A stretch of 50,828 nt of DNA from a phage: sequence record PZ452605.1; one strand, written 5' to 3'. Shown piece by piece: positions 10,298 through 20,689 of the stretch. Position 1 is the stretch's first letter. Each line of letters begins with the position of its first letter. The position numbers and the translations under genes are program-made. The notes beneath the pieces are model-generated. The model saw only the letters and a list, made by a program, of their open reading frames with translations. It was not told the origin of the DNA and searched no databases.

Positions 10298-10614
10298 AGC
10301 GGGCGGTTTACCTGTTTTACCTCAAGCCGCCAACTGACGCACAATTAGAGGCCGTCGGCCTATCCCGTTCAGACTACGAAGGGGAGGATCCGCCGGAGGT
10401 AATTTTTGATGAATCAATGTTTCAATCTTGGGATCTGTTTTGCGCTATGCAGACGCAATGGAGATCGACTAGCGGCAGTGTGTATGGGTTCGACTATAAC
10501 GTTTTGCCTATGCTTTTTGACATTTACAAGATTGAGGATCGGGAGATGGCGCTAAATGATTTGCGCATCATGGAACAAAAGGCGCTAGAAATGATTCATT
10601 CAAACAAAACATAA
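9980..10614 (+). CDS. tail assembly chaperone G-T fusion (via -1 frameshift)
   Basis: -1 frame has no stops between slippery site and ORF 10417..10614; conserved G/GT arrangement upstream of tape measure. Confidence 0.5.
10288..10294 (+). promoter_or_regulatory. -1 programmed ribosomal frameshift slippery heptamer A_AAA_AAC
   Basis: heptamer in zero frame 3 nt before G stop; -1 frame open from 10285 through 10614. Confidence 0.55.
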
Positions 10615-10635
10615 GCGCCGCGAGGCGCTTTTTTA
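10613..10635 (+). terminator. terminator-like hairpin
   Basis: GCGCC-GCGA-GGCGC then T6. Confidence 0.45.
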
Positions 10636-10653
10636 ATATCTGGAGGTTTTAAA

Positions 10654-13335
10654 ATGGCTGAAAAATACGCTAGCCTAACGCTAGGCGTTGACGTGTCGCA
10701 GGTCAACAATGCTGTTAAATCATTGCAGCAATTCAAGAAGGCAAACGACGACGCAAAAAAAAGCGTTAATGAATTTGTTGATTCTGAGGTTGTGGCGCGA
10801 CAGCAAGCAAAACAGTTTGCCGAAGAACTGGCGCGCCAGAAAGCAGAATTTAAGAAAATCCAGGAGTCAATTGATCCCACCGCGTCAAAGATGGATAAGC
10901 TGCGAAAGGCAGCGACACAGCTTGATGCGCTATGGAAAAAGGGCATTGTTCCTGATGAGACTTTTTTTGAGCTTGGGGCAATTCTTGAGACACAGCAAAA
11001 CAAGCTGATCGCAACCAAAAAAGCGATGACAGAGGAAGGACGCGCGGCACTTGAGGAATCAAAGAACAAAGCGCGTGCAGCGGAAGAGGCTAAAAAATTC
11101 GTCCAGGCTTTGCGTGAGCAGGAAGAAGCAGCCGGAAAAAGCAAGTCTGAATTGCTGGAAATGAAAGCGGCACAGCTTGGTGTTAGCCAGGAGGCAGCGC
11201 CTTACATCGCAAGGCTGAAAGAGCAGGAAAAGCAGATCCAAAAACTTGGAATTTCTACGGGTCAATACAAACAAGCAATGGCGCAATTGCCAATGCAGAT
11301 CACAGACGTGGTGACTTCACTTGCTTCTGGAATGCCTGTTTGGTTGGTCGCAATCCAGCAGGGCGGACAGATTAAGGATTCTTTTGGTGGCGCATCCAAT
11401 GCTTTAAAAGCGTTGCTATCTTTCCTGAATCCGGCAAACGTGGCGTTTGGCTTACTTTCAGGCACGCTGGCAATTGCTGCATATAATGCCTACAAAACAC
11501 AGACAGAGTTTGAGGCAATTAAAAAAACCGTTCAGGAAACAACTGGCTTGACTGGTGATTTTGCCGAAAAGATTGCTACCGGAATACAGGAGCTTTCCGA
11601 CAAGACAGGCGAAAGCGCCGAAGATCTTGCAAAGGCTTACATCACCACGAAAGACGGCGCGAGCGAGGCGATTAAAAAACTTGTTGACGTTGGCATGACT
11701 TATGATGACGCAAAAAAGAAAGTCAACGAGTACAAGGGCGCGTCTAGCTTTGTCAGCTTGAATAACGAAATTGCAAACCACAAAAACAAAGTCCTTGAGT
11801 TGGGCGATTCGTGGTATGAGGTTTTGAAAGCGAAGCGTGATTACGCTTCCCCGTCCGGCGGCCTGTTAGGTAAGGAGCTTGGCTATGTTAACCCTATGCT
11901 TAAGTTTGCACTTAACACTTATGAAGACATTGGAAAGGTCGTAAAAGATGCGAATAAGGACATGGCGGAACGAGCGGAAAGGATCGACAAAGAAAACCTG
12001 GCCTTAAACAGAGTGCGCGCAGCACAGGAGGCTTTAAACAAAGCCATTGAGGATCAGAAAAATGTGGCGCGTTCGGCTGATGAAGAACTGAAAAAGCGCG
12101 CGGCTGAAAACGTGGAGTTTAGGCGCAAAGAGCTTGAGGAAATCAAGAAGCAGGAGCAGAAAAAGAAAGAGGCTAAAGGTGGAATAGTTCGCGGCCCGAC
12201 TGAGCAGCTTGATAAAGAGTTGTACGTTTTAAAAGCGCAACTGGAGATGCTTAAAGAGCATCGCACTGTTAACGATGTTATTTCTCGCCAGCGTAAATCA
12301 TTATGGAGTATCGAAAAGCAGATCGAGATCCTGGAGGATGCGCAGAGCAAGCGTAAATTGACCGGAGCGGAACAGGCGCTACTAAACGAGCAAAAAGCCG
12401 TTCTTGAAATGGCAAGGCAAAAAGCGGAGCTAGGGGATCAGATTGTTTTACAGGAGCGCAAAAACAAGCTGGAGCAAGATAGCATTAAGTTTATCCGTGA
12501 AACTCAGGCGGCTATTGATGTGCTTGGCCTTAAGCAACTTGGCTACACTGAAAAGCAGATCGAGCGTGAGCTAGAGTTGCGCAAGCTGCGCACCGACTAC
12601 GAGGCGCAAGGCGGAAGCGTTAGCGATGAAGTTTTTCAGCAAATGGAGGCGAAACTTAAGCAGTATTATCAGACACAGGATGAGGTTCAAGGCAACTGGT
12701 TGGCAGGAGCAAAAAACGCATGGGAGATGTTCGCGGAAGATGCAAACAATGCCTATGGCAATGTTCAGCAGATCGCAAGCGAGGCGTTAAACGGCCTTAC
12801 AAACCAATTAGCGAATTTTATCGCTACTGGCAAGGCAAACTTTAAAGACTTCTCGACGGCTATCATCAAAATGATTATTCAGATGATCACGAAAATGGTC
12901 GTCTTTAATGCGTTATCTGGCCTGATGGGTGGTCAAACCTGGACGATGGGGAGCTTGCTTAAGAATATTGGCGGATTTGCTGGCGGTGGATACACTGGAG
13001 ACGGCGGGAAGTATGAGCCAGCCGGAATTGTCCATAAAGGTGAATTTGTCATGACGAAGGAGGCGACGCAGCGTATCGGGGTAGGAAACTTGTACCGCAT
13101 GATGCGAGGCTATGCTAACGGTGGCGCGGTTGGTAGTTCCGGCTATACTGGCGGTGGAGCTGTCACTGGTGGAGCGCCTCAATTTAACATTGGGGGGATT
13201 GATGTTAGCATCACTAACGGAAACGATCCGAAGGGCATCGAAACTGGTGTTAAGATGATTTTTACTGATATGATTAAACGTTCCTGTATGCAGGGCGGCG
13301 AGGTTTACGAATTTGTTATGAGCAAGCGAGGTTGA
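10654..13335 (+). CDS. tail tape measure protein
   Basis: 893 aa, long alpha-helical K/E/A/Q-rich protein with Gly-rich C-terminal part; after G/GT. Confidence 0.85.
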   Translation: MAEKYASLTLGVDVSQVNNAVKSLQQFKKANDDAKKSVNEFVDSEVVARQQAKQFAEELARQKAEFKKIQESIDPTASKMDKLRKAATQLDALWKKGIVPDETFFELGAILETQQNKLIATKKAMTEEGRAALEESKNKARAAEEAKKFVQALREQEEAAGKSKSELLEMKAAQLGVSQEAAPYIARLKEQEKQIQKLGISTGQYKQAMAQLPMQITDVVTSLASGMPVWLVAIQQGGQIKDSFGGASNALKALLSFLNPANVAFGLLSGTLAIAAYNAYKTQTEFEAIKKTVQETTGLTGDFAEKIATGIQELSDKTGESAEDLAKAYITTKDGASEAIKKLVDVGMTYDDAKKKVNEYKGASSFVSLNNEIANHKNKVLELGDSWYEVLKAKRDYASPSGGLLGKELGYVNPMLKFALNTYEDIGKVVKDANKDMAERAERIDKENLALNRVRAAQEALNKAIEDQKNVARSADEELKKRAAENVEFRRKELEEIKKQEQKKKEAKGGIVRGPTEQLDKELYVLKAQLEMLKEHRTVNDVISRQRKSLWSIEKQIEILEDAQSKRKLTGAEQALLNEQKAVLEMARQKAELGDQIVLQERKNKLEQDSIKFIRETQAAIDVLGLKQLGYTEKQIERELELRKLRTDYEAQGGSVSDEVFQQMEAKLKQYYQTQDEVQGNWLAGAKNAWEMFAEDANNAYGNVQQIASEALNGLTNQLANFIATGKANFKDFSTAIIKMIIQMITKMVVFNALSGLMGGQTWTMGSLLKNIGGFAGGGYTGDGGKYEPAGIVHKGEFVMTKEATQRIGVGNLYRMMRGYANGGAVGSSGYTGGGAVTGGAPQFNIGGIDVSITNGNDPKGIETGVKMIFTDMIKRSCMQGGEVYEFVMSKRG

Positions 13336-13337
13336 TA

Positions 13338-13688
13338 ATGAAGCTGGATCAGTTTAAGTGGTGTACGCAGGTTCAGAATGGTGGCGGGGCCATGACGTCA
13401 TCGAATAACGATCGAGAGATTGCATTCGGTAACGGATACACACAGGTAGCATCTGGAGGTTTTAACACAATCCGGCGAGAGTTCAGCATTGTTTACGCTG
13501 GGCTTGATTACAGAGATGTTGTCAAGTTCCTGAATGAGCACAGGCTAAAACCTTTCTTGTGGATCATGCCAGATGGAAGCCCTGGATTGTTTAGGGTGAA
13601 AAGCGGTAGCGTCGGCCTTACTCCATTGTCGCCAACCGTTCAGGAAGTAAAAGCCACTTTTACGGAGCAATTTACATCAATGCAGTAA
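13338..13688 (+). CDS. minor tail protein (lambda M-like)
   Basis: 116 aa immediately after tape measure. Confidence 0.55.
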   Translation: MKLDQFKWCTQVQNGGGAMTSSNNDREIAFGNGYTQVASGGFNTIRREFSIVYAGLDYRDVVKFLNEHRLKPFLWIMPDGSPGLFRVKSGSVGLTPLSPTVQEVKATFTEQFTSMQ

Positions 13689-13692
13689 TTTA

Positions 13693-13717
13693 AAGCCGCC
13701 TTTGTGCGGCTTTTTTC
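13693..13717 (+). terminator. terminator-like hairpin
   Basis: AGCCGC-CTTTGT-GCGGCT then T6. Confidence 0.5.
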
Positions 13718-13750
13718 TTGATGTTACAATGAGCAAAAAGGAGGTAGAAA

Positions 13751-14512
13751 ATGGCTAATAAAGAATCAGGTAGAGTTGAATTTGAGAACTGCCTACAAAG
13801 TTTGTACCCAGGCGAAATTATAACGCTTGTGGAGATTGACGGGACGAAGTTCGGGGCAAATATTTACCGATTTCACAATGAGAACATCTCTTATACTGCC
13901 GAGGAATTAATGCAAGCGCAGCAAACCGGAATCTTGCCGCCGAAAGATATTATTTTTCAGGGTGATGTTTACGGAGCGCGGCCTTTCGGTGTGAGCGGGA
14001 TTAACTTCACAAGTAACGGCAGGGCAGATAAGCCTCAGCTTATAGTGTCAAACCTTGATAGCAGGGTGAGCGCCATGATCAGAAATTACAATGGCATGAT
14101 GCAAGCAAAGGTGACTTTCTGGATAACGGCAAAGGAATTTATCGGAGAAGGCGGAGCAATCAAAGATGGCGCTTACAGAAAATTGGTTTATTACATTGAG
14201 CGCCCAAGCCAGTACAATAGAGAGATAGCGAAATTTGATCTAACATCGCCTTACGATATGGATGGATTAATGATCCCGCCGCGCATCACTCAAAGCGTCT
14301 GCTATTGGGCGCAAAGGGGGTGGTACAGGAGCGGAAAGGGTTGCTCTTATAACGGATCGGCAATGTTCGATAAAGACAATAATCCAGTAACAGATCCATC
14401 ACAAGACTATTGCGCCGGGACTGTAACGGCTTGCAAATTGAGATTCGGTCAGCAAAACGAGTTGGATTTCGGCGGTTGCGCGGTGGCGTCACTGCTACGG
14501 AGGAATCAATAA
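13751..14512 (+). CDS. minor tail protein (lambda L-like)
   Basis: 253 aa; C-terminal Cys cluster; position between M-like and K-like genes. Confidence 0.65.
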   Translation: MANKESGRVEFENCLQSLYPGEIITLVEIDGTKFGANIYRFHNENISYTAEELMQAQQTGILPPKDIIFQGDVYGARPFGVSGINFTSNGRADKPQLIVSNLDSRVSAMIRNYNGMMQAKVTFWITAKEFIGEGGAIKDGAYRKLVYYIERPSQYNREIAKFDLTSPYDMDGLMIPPRITQSVCYWAQRGWYRSGKGCSYNGSAMFDKDNNPVTDPSQDYCAGTVTACKLRFGQQNELDFGGCAVASLLRRNQ

Positions 14513-15243
14513 TGATTAGTGCAAAAATTAAACTTGAAATAATGCAGCACGTTAAAGAGGAATACCCTAAAGAGGCTTGCGGCGTCATAACTCAAAAGTC
14601 ACGGGTACAGAAATATCACCGCATAACCAACGTGCATGACGATCCAGAAAATCACTTTGAAATGGACGCCGTAGAATACGCTGAATCGCTCGACAAAGGC
14701 GAATTAATCGCGGTGGTGCATTCCCATTGCGGGGATGGTGCTAGCACGATACCGAGCGCGCACGACTCATGTATGTGCGATGAAATGGGTGTGTCGTGGA
14801 TTATAGTATCATGGCCCGAAGGTGACATGAGAATTGTCGAGCCGCAGGAGAGGCCGCTTATCGGTCGCCCGTGGTCGCTGGGGTCGTTCGATTGCTGGGG
14901 TCTTATCATGGCATGGCATAAACAGCACGGAGTAGTATTGAATGACTTCCGAAAGCCTTACGAGTGGTGGAAGTCAGAATATGGTGAAAATCTTTACCAG
15001 GATAATTATTTGAAAGAGGGATTTGTTGAAACTAACGAGCCTCCAAAACCTGGTGATATGGTGATTATGCAACTATCATCACCAGTCTGGAATCATGCGG
15101 GAATTTATTTGGGTAACAACCAGCTATTACATCATGCGTTTGGAAAGCTATCTCGCATCGACTTGTATTCTGGATGGTATCAGGAGCACACTGTAAAAAT
15201 TTGCCGACATAAGGATCTGAAATATGACATTGAAAGTAATTAA
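14512..15243 (+). CDS. tail tip assembly protein (lambda K-like, MPN/JAMM + NlpC/P60)
   Basis: TAATG overlap with L-like stop; JAMM-like EACG and HSHCGDG...SxxD motif; C-terminal Cys/His of NlpC/P60 type. Confidence 0.7.
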   Translation: MISAKIKLEIMQHVKEEYPKEACGVITQKSRVQKYHRITNVHDDPENHFEMDAVEYAESLDKGELIAVVHSHCGDGASTIPSAHDSCMCDEMGVSWIIVSWPEGDMRIVEPQERPLIGRPWSLGSFDCWGLIMAWHKQHGVVLNDFRKPYEWWKSEYGENLYQDNYLKEGFVETNEPPKPGDMVIMQLSSPVWNHAGIYLGNNQLLHHAFGKLSRIDLYSGWYQEHTVKICRHKDLKYDIESN

Positions 15244-15820
15244 GCTATCTGGTTCTCTGGGGCGTAGATTTGGCGTCTTTCACAAAATGGCGGTTGACTC
15301 ATACCCCGAAGCAATACGTGCGTTATCTTCCCAGGTTGAAGGGTTCAAAGACTACATGCAAAGCGAAGTAGGATCGCGCATGAAGTACGCTGTATTCGTT
15401 GACGGTAAAAACGTTGGTCAGCATGATGAAAAATCATGGAAGTGCGCGCGAGAGGTTCGAATAGTTCCCGTTCCAACTGGTTCTAAGTCCGGCGGCCTGT
15501 TTAATGTTGTTCTTGGCGCTGCAATTATGGCTACTGCGTTCTTTACTGGTGGTGCAAGTCTTGCTGCTATGGGTGCTTTTGCATCTTCCGCATTTATGAT
15601 GGGTGGTGCTATCGCGCTTGGCGGTGTCATGCAAATGATCTCGCCGCAGCAGGGAGGAATGAAACTGCAAAGCCAATCAGCAGAAAACAAGCCTTCTTAC
15701 GCTTTCGGCGGTGCTGTAAATACCACGGCGGCAGGTTATCCGGTTCCTTTGCCATATGGATATAGGACAGTAGGCGGCGCAATCTGGTCGGCTGGCAGCT
15801 ACGCAGAAGATAAAGCATAA
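15224..15820 (+). CDS. tail assembly protein (lambda I-like)
   Basis: 198 aa; Gly/Ala-rich hydrophobic C-terminal half; position between K-like and J-like. Confidence 0.55.
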   Translation: MTLKVIKLSGSLGRRFGVFHKMAVDSYPEAIRALSSQVEGFKDYMQSEVGSRMKYAVFVDGKNVGQHDEKSWKCAREVRIVPVPTGSKSGGLFNVVLGAAIMATAFFTGGASLAAMGAFASSAFMMGGAIALGGVMQMISPQQGGMKLQSQSAENKPSYAFGGAVNTTAAGYPVPLPYGYRTVGGAIWSAGSYAEDKA

Positions 15821-15824
15821 AAAA

Positions 15825-15850
15825 ACACCCGCCTTGCGCGGGTTTTTTTG
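15825..15850 (+). terminator. terminator-like hairpin
   Basis: ACCCGC-CTTGC-GCGGGT then T7. Confidence 0.5.
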
Positions 15851-15898
15851 TGCATTTATAATGTGCAAACCAAGAAACAGCACAAAAGGTTAAAAGTC

Positions 15899-18800
15899 AT
15901 GGCTAAATATATGATAAGCGGCAGTAAGGGCGGAAGCAAAAAGCCATACGTGCCAAAAGAGATGGAAGATAACCTGATCTCGATAAACAAGATTAAAGTT
16001 TTGCTGGCTGTATCTGATGGCGAGTGCGATCCAGATTTCACGTTGCGTGATCTTTATCTTGATGATGTTCCGGTTATTGTCAGCGATGGCACTGTTAACT
16101 ATGATGGGGTAACGGCTGAATATAGACCAGGCACACAGACGCAAGATTACATCCAGGGGTTTACTGACACATCAAGCGAGGTGATAGTTTCGCGAGACAT
16201 TACAACAGACAATCCCTATATTATCTCTGTGACAAACAAAAATCTTTCTGCAATAAGAATCAAGATTCTGATGCCAGTTGGCATAAAACAGGAGGATAAC
16301 GGCGATCTTGTTGGCGTAAGGGTTGAGTATGCCGTAGATATGGCTATTGATGGCGGTTCTTATAGCGAGGTTATGAGGGATGTAATTGACGGCAAGACAA
16401 GATCAGGATATGACCGCAGCAGAAGGATTGATCTTCCTAAATTTGATGAGCGTGTTTTAATACGAGTCAGGAGAATGACGCCAGATAGCACGTCTTCAAA
16501 GGTGACTGATAAAATCAAGCTGCAAAGTTACGCTGAGGTTGTTGATGCAAAATTCCGTTATCCTCTGACTGGCCTTGTATTCGTAGAATTTGACAGCGAA
16601 CTGTTTCCTACGCAAATCCCTAACATTTCTATAAAAAAGAAATGGAAGATTATTAATGTGCCAAGCAACTATGATCCAATATCAAGAGAATATCACGGGT
16701 CATGGGATGGGACTTTTAAAAAAGCGTGGTCAAATAATCCGGCTTGGGTTCTTTATGATCTGGTGACAAATCAGCGTTACGGACTTGATCAGCGAGAGTT
16801 AGGAATACAGATCGACAAGTGGAGCTTATACGAGGCGGGTGTTTACTGTGATCAGAAAGTTCCAGACGGCAAGGGCGGTACAGAGCCTCGCTACCTATGC
16901 GATGTGGTGATTCAGAATCAAGTTGAGGCTTATCAGCTAATCCGTGACATTTGCTCAATCTTTCGCGGAATGAGTTTTTGGAATGGTGAGAGCTTATCAA
17001 TCGTGATTGATAAGCCGCGCGATCCATCATACGTGTTTACTAATGAAAACGTCATCAACGGTGATTTTCAGTACACAAACGCAAGCGAAAAAAGCATGTA
17101 CACGCAGTGTAACGTGACGTTTGACGACGAACAAAACATGTATCAGCAGGACGTAGAGGGGGTTTTTGATACTGAGGCTGCATTACGATTTGGATACAAT
17201 CCAACAAGCATTACAGCGATCGGTTGTACACGCAGGAGCGAAGCGAATCGTCGCGGTCGGTGGGTTTTGAAAACAAACCTTAGAAGCACTACTGTAAACT
17301 TTGCTACCGGACTAGAGGGGATGATTCCATCAATAGGTGATGTGATTGCTATCGCTGATAATTTTCAGAGCAGCAACCTAACGTTAAACCTATCAGGCCG
17401 AGTGATGGAAGTTTCAGGATTGCAGGTTTTCGTTCCGTTTAAGGTTGATGCTCGTCCTGGTGATTTTATTATCATCAACAAGCCGGACGGAAAGCCAGTT
17501 AAGCGCACGATCTCAAAGGTTAGCGCAGACGGAAAAACCATTGAGTTAAATATTGGATTTGGTTTTGATGTTAAGCCTGATACTGTTTTTGCGATTGACC
17601 GTACTGACCTTGCGTTGCAGCAATACGTTGTGACAACTATCAGCAAGGGTGATGACGAAAACGAGTTTACCTATTCAATCACGGCTGTGGAGTACGATCC
17701 GAACAAATACGACGAGATTGATTATGGCGTAAACATTGATGACAGGCCGACTTCAATTGTTCAGCCTGACGTGATGGCAGCGCCTGAGAACGTTAAGATC
17801 TCATCTTATTCTCGCGTCGTGCAGGGTGTTAGCGTTGAGACTATGGTTGTTTCATGGGATAAGGTTCCTTACGCATCGCTTTATGAAATGCAGTGGCGAA
17901 AAGGTGATGGTAACTGGCTGAATACGCCGCAGACCGCTAACAAAGAGATAGAGGTAGAAGGGATTTATTCAGGCAACTACCAAGTAAGGGTGAGATCCGT
18001 TTCTGCAAGCGGTAACACTTCCCCGTGGTCAAAGATTGCAACCGCAACCCTGACAGGTAAAGTTGGCGAGCCAGGAGCGCCGATTAGTCTTACAGCCTCT
18101 GATAATGAAGTTTTTGGCATTCGTGTTAAATGGGGTATGCCGGAAGGTTCAGGCGATACTGCCTACATTGAGCTTCACCAATCGCCAGATGGAACGGTGG
18201 AAAACTCAAGTCTTCTTACGCTGATCCCATATCCGCAATATGAGTATTGGCATAGCACTTTACCAGCGGGGCAAGTTGTATGGTATAGAATCCGCAGCGT
18301 TGACAGAATAGGCAACGTTTCCGGCTGGACTGACTTTGTTCGTGGCATGGCGTCAGATGATGTTGACTCTGTTTTAGGCGACATTCTGGACAAGATTTTT
18401 GATACCGAAGCTGGTCAAGAAATCAAAGAGAACGCCATAGATAGTGCCAACAAAATCAAAGACCAGGCGCAATCAATCATCCAGAACGCATTGGCAAACG
18501 ATGCTGATGTGAAGTGGACGCGAGTGCAAAACGGAAAGCGCAAGGCTGAATATGGTCATGCTCTTGAGCTTATCGCCAATGAAACAGAAGCGCGCGTAAC
18601 TCAAATCGAAGAGTTAAGGGCTTCAATTGATGGCGAGATAACATCAAGCATCAAGACAGTGCAGGAGGCAATTGCCACTGAATCAGAGACGCGAGCGACT
18701 CAAATTCAGCAGCTTGATTCTAAATTCACAAAAGAAATCGACGGCGTGCGCAAGGATACTTCTGCAAGCATTAGCGATGTAAGGCAGACAATCACTAACG

Positions 18801-19477
18801 AGTCAGAAGCGCGCGCTCAGGCCGTTCAGCAGCTTGACGCTAAGTTCACGAAAGAGATAAACGACCTTGACGGAGTTATCAAAACAGAAGTCGAGGCTAA
18901 CATCTCAGAAGTGAAACAGGCGATCGCCAATGAGACAGAGGCAAGGGTTCAGGCTGACCAGGCATTAACAGCACGATTTGGCGACGTTGAATCTGCATTG
19001 GTTGAAAAGTTGGATTCTTGGGCGAGCGTTGATTCAGTTGGCGCTAAATACGCTATGAAACTTGGCCTTACTTACAAAGGCCAGCAATACAGCGCAGGAA
19101 TGGTGATGCAGCTTTCGCAGGGTTCATCCGGCCTTATCTCGCAAATTTTGTTTGATGCTAACAGGTTCGCCATTATGACTAGCTCTACTGGAGGGACTTT
19201 TACTTTGCCTTTCGTGGTTGAGAATAATCAGGTTTTCATTAATAGTCTTTTGGTGAAGAACGGTTCAATCACTAATGCGATGATTGGTAATGTGATTCAG
19301 TCAAACAACTTTGTTCAAAACCAGCAAGGATGGAGGCTTGATAAGAATGGGCGATTTGAGAACTACGGTTCTACGGCTGGAGAAGGTGCAATGAAGCTGA
19401 CCAATGAAACGATAAGTGTGCGAGACGCAAACGGGCAATTGCGCGTTCAGATTGGCAGGCTGACTGGTACTTGGTAA
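15899..19477 (+). CDS. host specificity / central tail fibre protein (lambda J-like)
   Basis: about 1190 aa; largest ORF after the tip assembly genes; fibronectin-like middle and repeat-rich C-terminal part. Confidence 0.8.
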   Translation: MAKYMISGSKGGSKKPYVPKEMEDNLISINKIKVLLAVSDGECDPDFTLRDLYLDDVPVIVSDGTVNYDGVTAEYRPGTQTQDYIQGFTDTSSEVIVSRDITTDNPYIISVTNKNLSAIRIKILMPVGIKQEDNGDLVGVRVEYAVDMAIDGGSYSEVMRDVIDGKTRSGYDRSRRIDLPKFDERVLIRVRRMTPDSTSSKVTDKIKLQSYAEVVDAKFRYPLTGLVFVEFDSELFPTQIPNISIKKKWKIINVPSNYDPISREYHGSWDGTFKKAWSNNPAWVLYDLVTNQRYGLDQRELGIQIDKWSLYEAGVYCDQKVPDGKGGTEPRYLCDVVIQNQVEAYQLIRDICSIFRGMSFWNGESLSIVIDKPRDPSYVFTNENVINGDFQYTNASEKSMYTQCNVTFDDEQNMYQQDVEGVFDTEAALRFGYNPTSITAIGCTRRSEANRRGRWVLKTNLRSTTVNFATGLEGMIPSIGDVIAIADNFQSSNLTLNLSGRVMEVSGLQVFVPFKVDARPGDFIIINKPDGKPVKRTISKVSADGKTIELNIGFGFDVKPDTVFAIDRTDLALQQYVVTTISKGDDENEFTYSITAVEYDPNKYDEIDYGVNIDDRPTSIVQPDVMAAPENVKISSYSRVVQGVSVETMVVSWDKVPYASLYEMQWRKGDGNWLNTPQTANKEIEVEGIYSGNYQVRVRSVSASGNTSPWSKIATATLTGKVGEPGAPISLTASDNEVFGIRVKWGMPEGSGDTAYIELHQSPDGTVENSSLLTLIPYPQYEYWHSTLPAGQVVWYRIRSVDRIGNVSGWTDFVRGMASDDVDSVLGDILDKIFDTEAGQEIKENAIDSANKIKDQAQSIIQNALANDADVKWTRVQNGKRKAEYGHALELIANETEARVTQIEELRASIDGEITSSIKTVQEAIATESETRATQIQQLDSKFTKEIDGVRKDTSASISDVRQTITNESEARAQAVQQLDAKFTKEINDLDGVIKTEVEANISEVKQAIANETEARVQADQALTARFGDVESALVEKLDSWASVDSVGAKYAMKLGLTYKGQQYSAGMVMQLSQGSSGLISQILFDANRFAIMTSSTGGTFTLPFVVENNQVFINSLLVKNGSITNAMIGNVIQSNNFVQNQQGWRLDKNGRFENYGSTAGEGAMKLTNETISVRDANGQLRVQIGRLTGTW

Positions 19478-19520
19478 AATCAAGGCGGGGCATTTGCCCC
19501 GCACTTATGGAGGTTTAATA

Positions 19521-19832
19521 ATGGCTGAATATGGAATCTCAACATGGGATGCAAACGGAAGATATAATAACTACGGCATCAAGCCATCGGTTGTTGTTGG
19601 AATGTTCTCACTTTCTACAGGTCAGGTTTCTGGCAGTTATACATTTAACGTACCTTCTGGATACAAGCTATCATACGCAATATCACTTGATGAAGGGAGT
19701 AGTGCCGGAGATAGGAGAAAAATCACAATATCAGGCAACAAAATTACTATTTCAAATGCCGGGGCATCAATAGGCGCTGACATATGGCCTACAACAAAAT
19801 GCGATGTTATTGTTTTTTTGGAGACTGCATAA
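19521..19832 (+). CDS. hypothetical tail-associated protein (paralog A)
   Basis: 104 aa; GGAGG RBS; N-terminus MAEYGIS resembles next gene MAQYGAS. Confidence 0.4.
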   Translation: MAEYGISTWDANGRYNNYGIKPSVVVGMFSLSTGQVSGSYTFNVPSGYKLSYAISLDEGSSAGDRRKITISGNKITISNAGASIGADIWPTTKCDVIVFLETA

Positions 19833-20426
19833 ATGGCGCAATACGGAGCAAGTTTTAAACTACCAAATGGGAATGTTTTCGTTACCCCTGACGCAAGTCC
19901 TTTATGCCTTTATAGGCGCATGACGCTAACATCAAATTACCAATCAGTGACAATTCCATCTGGCAAGCCTGTCATGTATTTTTCTCGCGACGCTGACGGA
20001 ATATCAATGGCGTTTAGAAAATCAGCAACAGAATTGTTGGTAGGGCCAGGCAATGGGGTTGGTTACATTTTTACTATATTTACACCTTCTCTTCCTAAGT
20101 ATGGGATGGGTATCTGGAATGCAGAGGGGCAATTGATATTGACCAACGAATCAAGGATTTTAACAGATCTTGTTAAGGTTGGAACACCTGGAAATCAAGG
20201 TGGAATATACATAGATCAGACTCTTACAGGTTCTTATGCAATTGCACCTCAATTGCTTGGTGCTATTGTGGGAATGGGGTCTGCATCAATTTATGCAGCA
20301 ACAAAATATAACGGAAGCACGACAAGAATTTATGGCAAGGCCGCAGGGCAGCCGCCAGGTGCTCAAGGTTATATTAATCATGGAAATATAATAACAGCAA
20401 TCAAGACTGATATTTACGACCAATAA
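19833..20426 (+). CDS. hypothetical tail-associated protein (paralog B)
   Basis: 197 aa; ATG directly after upstream stop. Confidence 0.4.
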   Translation: MAQYGASFKLPNGNVFVTPDASPLCLYRRMTLTSNYQSVTIPSGKPVMYFSRDADGISMAFRKSATELLVGPGNGVGYIFTIFTPSLPKYGMGIWNAEGQLILTNESRILTDLVKVGTPGNQGGIYIDQTLTGSYAIAPQLLGAIVGMGSASIYAATKYNGSTTRIYGKAAGQPPGAQGYINHGNIITAIKTDIYDQ

Positions 20427-20429
20427 AAA

Positions 20430-20455
20430 AAGGGGCTTAAGCCCCTTTGTTATTT
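20430..20455. terminator. bidirectional terminator
   Basis: A7-AGGGGC-TTAA-GCCCCT-TTGTTATTTT between convergent genes. Confidence 0.6.
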
Positions 20456-20689
20456 TCACAGACTGCAATCATCGTTTTTAAAGTTATCAACGCTTACCCA
20501 CTGAAAATTAAACGGATAGCCAGCCTTAACCAGCGTCTGATCACCAACTCTTTTAGCGCCAAAAATAGCGACAGAATATTCCATGCCACTATTTTCATAA
20601 GTGGCCGTGCATTCACGTTTAGGCATATTTGCGCAACCAGTCAGGGCAACGGCGGCAATTAAAACTGCGATTAACTTTTTCATCTTCAA
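20456..20689 (-). CDS. cor: small lipoprotein, Cor-like superinfection exclusion candidate
   Basis: 77 aa; signal peptide with lipobox LTGC; sits right after tail fibre genes on opposite strand, as cor does in T1/phi80-type phages. Confidence 0.5.
   Translation of the reverse strand: MKMKKLIAVLIAAVALTGCANMPKRECTATYENSGMEYSVAIFGAKRVGDQTLVKAGYPFNFQWVSVDNFKNDDCSL

Noticed and set aside
10596-11144. 182-aa minus-strand ORF inside the tape measure gene
   Set aside because: Antisense shadow ORF; Ala/Ser-rich low-complexity translation.
19485-19502. Terminator after the J-like gene
   Set aside because: Hairpin GCGGGGCATTTGCCCCGC is present but has no downstream T-tract and abuts the next RBS.
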